From the NCBI RefSeq assembly GCF_009914755.1, contig NC_060925.1: a stretch of 64,000 nucleotides of DNA; one strand, 5' to 3'. Under the pieces are notes generated by a model, which made no database searches, had not been told where the DNA came from, and was given only the letters and a program-made list of their open reading frames with translations. A program made the translations under genes and the position numbers. Position 1 is the first letter of the stretch. The number at the start of each line of letters is the position of its first letter. Source of the DNA: the human T2T-CHM13v2.0 reference genome, Homo sapiens. This document shows, in pieces, positions 61,257-64,000 of this stretch.

Positions 61257-61394
61257 CCAAGTTAAGCTTTTTTTCAACCCATGAAACTATGTTCTTAGTA
61301 TATTTTGACCAAGTTTTAGCATATGACAAAGCCAGCTCGATAGAGTCAGTGTTCTTTAACAGCACGTTGTCTAGTTCTAAAGGGGAAAAATTTC
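61257..61394 (-). CDS. ARHGAP29: ARHGAP29 exon 7, start of F-BAR region (GNFSPLELDNVLLKNTDSIELALSYAKTWSKYTKNIVSWVEKKLNL)
   Basis: ttttcag|GA and TTGG|gtgagt; 138 nt; overlaps ORF 61213..61413. Confidence 0.95.
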
Positions 61395-61830
61395 CTGAAA
61401 ACAAAAATATCAAGGTAAGTATATGTTAAATGTGATCACATCATAACTCCAAACAAAGAAGCACTGAGATCCTAAGATACTAGTCAATAAAAACTGGTTT
61501 TTAAAAAAAATACAAGTGACAAATTTACAATTAAAAGGCCAGAGTTTAAACTTAAAATGGTTTCAAACTATAATGTATTTTTATCTTAAAATATATTTCT
61601 ATTATCCATCAAGTTAAAAGCTTTACACAATTCTTGATCAGTCTATATCTCATATTATCTATCTACTCTAGCAGGTTATTTCCCTTAAGCTCTATATGTA
61701 AAACTTTATATATCATTTTGCATTAAAAATGAATACACTAGGTTACTAAGCAAGAAGAGATTAATCCAGGACATTCATAGAAAGTAACTACAAGAAGTTT
61801 GTGAAAAGTTATAAACACCTTGAGCATTAC

Positions 61831-61879
61831 CTTTTTCACTGGATGAGTCCACTGATTCCACAGAAACATTTTCAAACGA
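61831..61879 (-). CDS. ARHGAP29: ARHGAP29 coding exon (exon 6), SFENVSVESVDSSSEK(G)
   Basis: Acceptor ttgtaag|TCG and donor AAAG|gtaatg; 49 nt; the translation matches the recalled PARG1 protein; upstream exons lie beyond the window. Confidence 0.9.
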
Positions 61880-62304
61880 CTTACAACATGGAAAAAGATA
61901 AATTTAAAATTAGAGAAGAACACAAATCTTTGCTTCAGAATTTTTTTGCCCCAATTTGTTACTCTGACATAATTCCTGCTAAAGAATTTCAAGTATTTAA
62001 AACTTAAAGGCCTTAGAAGTCTGTTTAAGTGCCAGAACACTTCATAAGAATTTCATAGCTTTTTACAACAGGAGTTCCCAAGATCCAAGAATGAACAACC
62101 TCACTGTTGTTACTAACAGCATTAGTTAACATTAATGAATCCATTCAAAACTTTAAATTTTGCAGATAACAAAAATATTAGTCAAGAAGTTAGAGAAGCA
62201 ATGCAAACATATTGCTATCTAAACAGAAGACACAGATCTGCCTCTTCCAGTCATCTTTTATCATTTTACTATATGATAAGCATGTCTCTGAAAGTCTATT
62301 ACAT

Positions 62305-62512
62305 AGCTTAGCACAAAACTTTCTATGATGATGGAAGTGTTTTATATCTGTACTGTCCAATAAAGTAGCTAATAGCTCCATGTAGCTATTTGAACATTTA
62401 ATAAGTGGCTAGTGTGACTAGGAGGTGGAAGTGAATTTTTAATTTTATTTAACTATTATAATTAAATTTAAAGAACTACATGTGACTCGTGCTACTTTAT
62501 TGCATTGTGCTG
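62305..62512. mobile_element. MER3-like MITE
   Basis: aactttctatgatgatggaagtgttt...ctgtccaata...gtggctagtgtgact. Confidence 0.7.
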
Positions 62513-62810
62513 GAAAACATCATTTACCAAAATTTTGAGATCTTAAACAAATTTAATCGATTTAAATTGGGCAATACAGGGTATACAGGGATTCAATGCA
62601 AAACTGATCGAGGAGACCTGGGTCTGAAGTCCAGCTCCATTATTACCTGTATGACACTGGGCTACATATTTTAAGTTCACTAACTTTGTAAGTCCTTCTG
62701 TAAAAGAGGGATAAGAACACTACTTTCAAAAGACTGTTTTAAGAATTAAGATGATGTAGGCCTAGCGCAAGGCATGGTACATAGTAACCACTATTAAACA
62801 TATTGCAACA

Positions 62811-63099
<289 letters not shown>

Positions 63100-63198
63100 A
63101 TATATATATTTAATATTATATATGTATAATATATAGTTGCAATATATATATTCAAATGAGGCAAATATATATATAGAGAGAGAGAGAGAAGGAGCAAC

Positions 63199-63502
63199 TT
63201 TTATTTATTTATTTATTTATTTTTGAGACAGAGTCTCACTCTGTCACCCAGGCTGGAGTGCAGCGCCACGATCTTGGCTCACTGCAACCTCTGCCTTCTG
63301 GGTTCAAGTGATTTCTCGTGCCTCAGCCTCCCAAATAGCTGGGACTACAGATGCACATCACCCTTCCTGGCTAATATTTGTATTTTTAGTAGAGACTGGG
63401 TTTCGCCACGTTGGCCAGGCTGGTCTCGAACTCCTGGCCTCAGGTGATCCGCCCACTTCGCCCTCCCAAAGTACGAGATTACAGGTATGAGCCACCATGC
63501 CC
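63199..63502 (-). mobile_element. AluS element with a (TTTA)n tail
   Basis: Reverse Alu consensus. Confidence 0.92.
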
Positions 63503-64000
63503 TATTATTTTTAAAGGGTATTTTTCAAAACCGTTGATCAAAGTAATTTTATTATTAGGATTATATATCATCACAGCTTTTTTATTCCAATCTCTAAAAC
63601 AAATTAAAACCTTCAAAAAAAAGTACAAAAGAAAAAAAAGAAAAAAGTATTTTTTCCTGTTAAGAATTAGTATAATATGTATGCACAATAGAGGTACAGA
63701 AACAGGAAATATGATTCACACCTAAAATTTAAATTGTTCAGTGTCTTGCCACAGATAAAATGTGTAATCTTCTGAAGTAGTAGCAACAGTTTGAAAAGAT
63801 AAAATTTAGGAATAATCATGAATAATAGCAAAATATTTAAACATCTTACAACTTTTCATCATTCTCCTCCATTTGTCAATAGATGGCTTCAGTAACGGTC
63901 ATAATTTTTGGTAATATTGTAATACATATAACAAATGCCTTAAATAGTCATTTTTATTTTATATAATTTTAAGAAGGACCTGAAGTTTTTATAATAATAT

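Noticed and set aside
61819-61830. Possible in-frame alternative donor 12 nt downstream of exon 6 (AAG|gtgttt)
   Set aside because: Weak donor consensus relative to AAG|gtaatg; no support from the sequence

Overview
Primate (very likely human) genomic DNA, AT-rich and dense in Alu, L1 and LTR elements. The minus strand carries the 3' 18 coding exons of ARHGAP29/PARG1, conventionally exons 6-23. All 18 have GT-AG junctions with consistent phases, and together they give 3276 nt (1091 codons plus stop). They encode the F-BAR region, C1 domain, RhoGAP domain and the C-terminal PDZ-binding tail ...EIPQFV, followed by a long 3'UTR. Downstream of the gene is a two-LTR HERV-L (MLT2A) provirus at 17824-23424. 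The most notable feature is a decayed, unprocessed, same-orientation tandem duplicate of the 3' part of ARHGAP29 at about 2.8-13.7 kb. It contains a 3'UTR copy, pseudo-exon 23, an intron 22 copy, pseudo-exon 16 and intron 15/16 copies, and lacks the stretch holding exons 17-22. Divergence is strongly mosaic, which suggests gene conversion. Pseudo-exon 23 keeps a phase-compatible splice acceptor, and a sense LTR poly(A) signal lies downstream of it. A U13 snoRNA retrocopy and two closely spaced inverted Alu pairs are also present. Identities were estimated by eye, and repeat subfamily names come from recalled consensus sequences.
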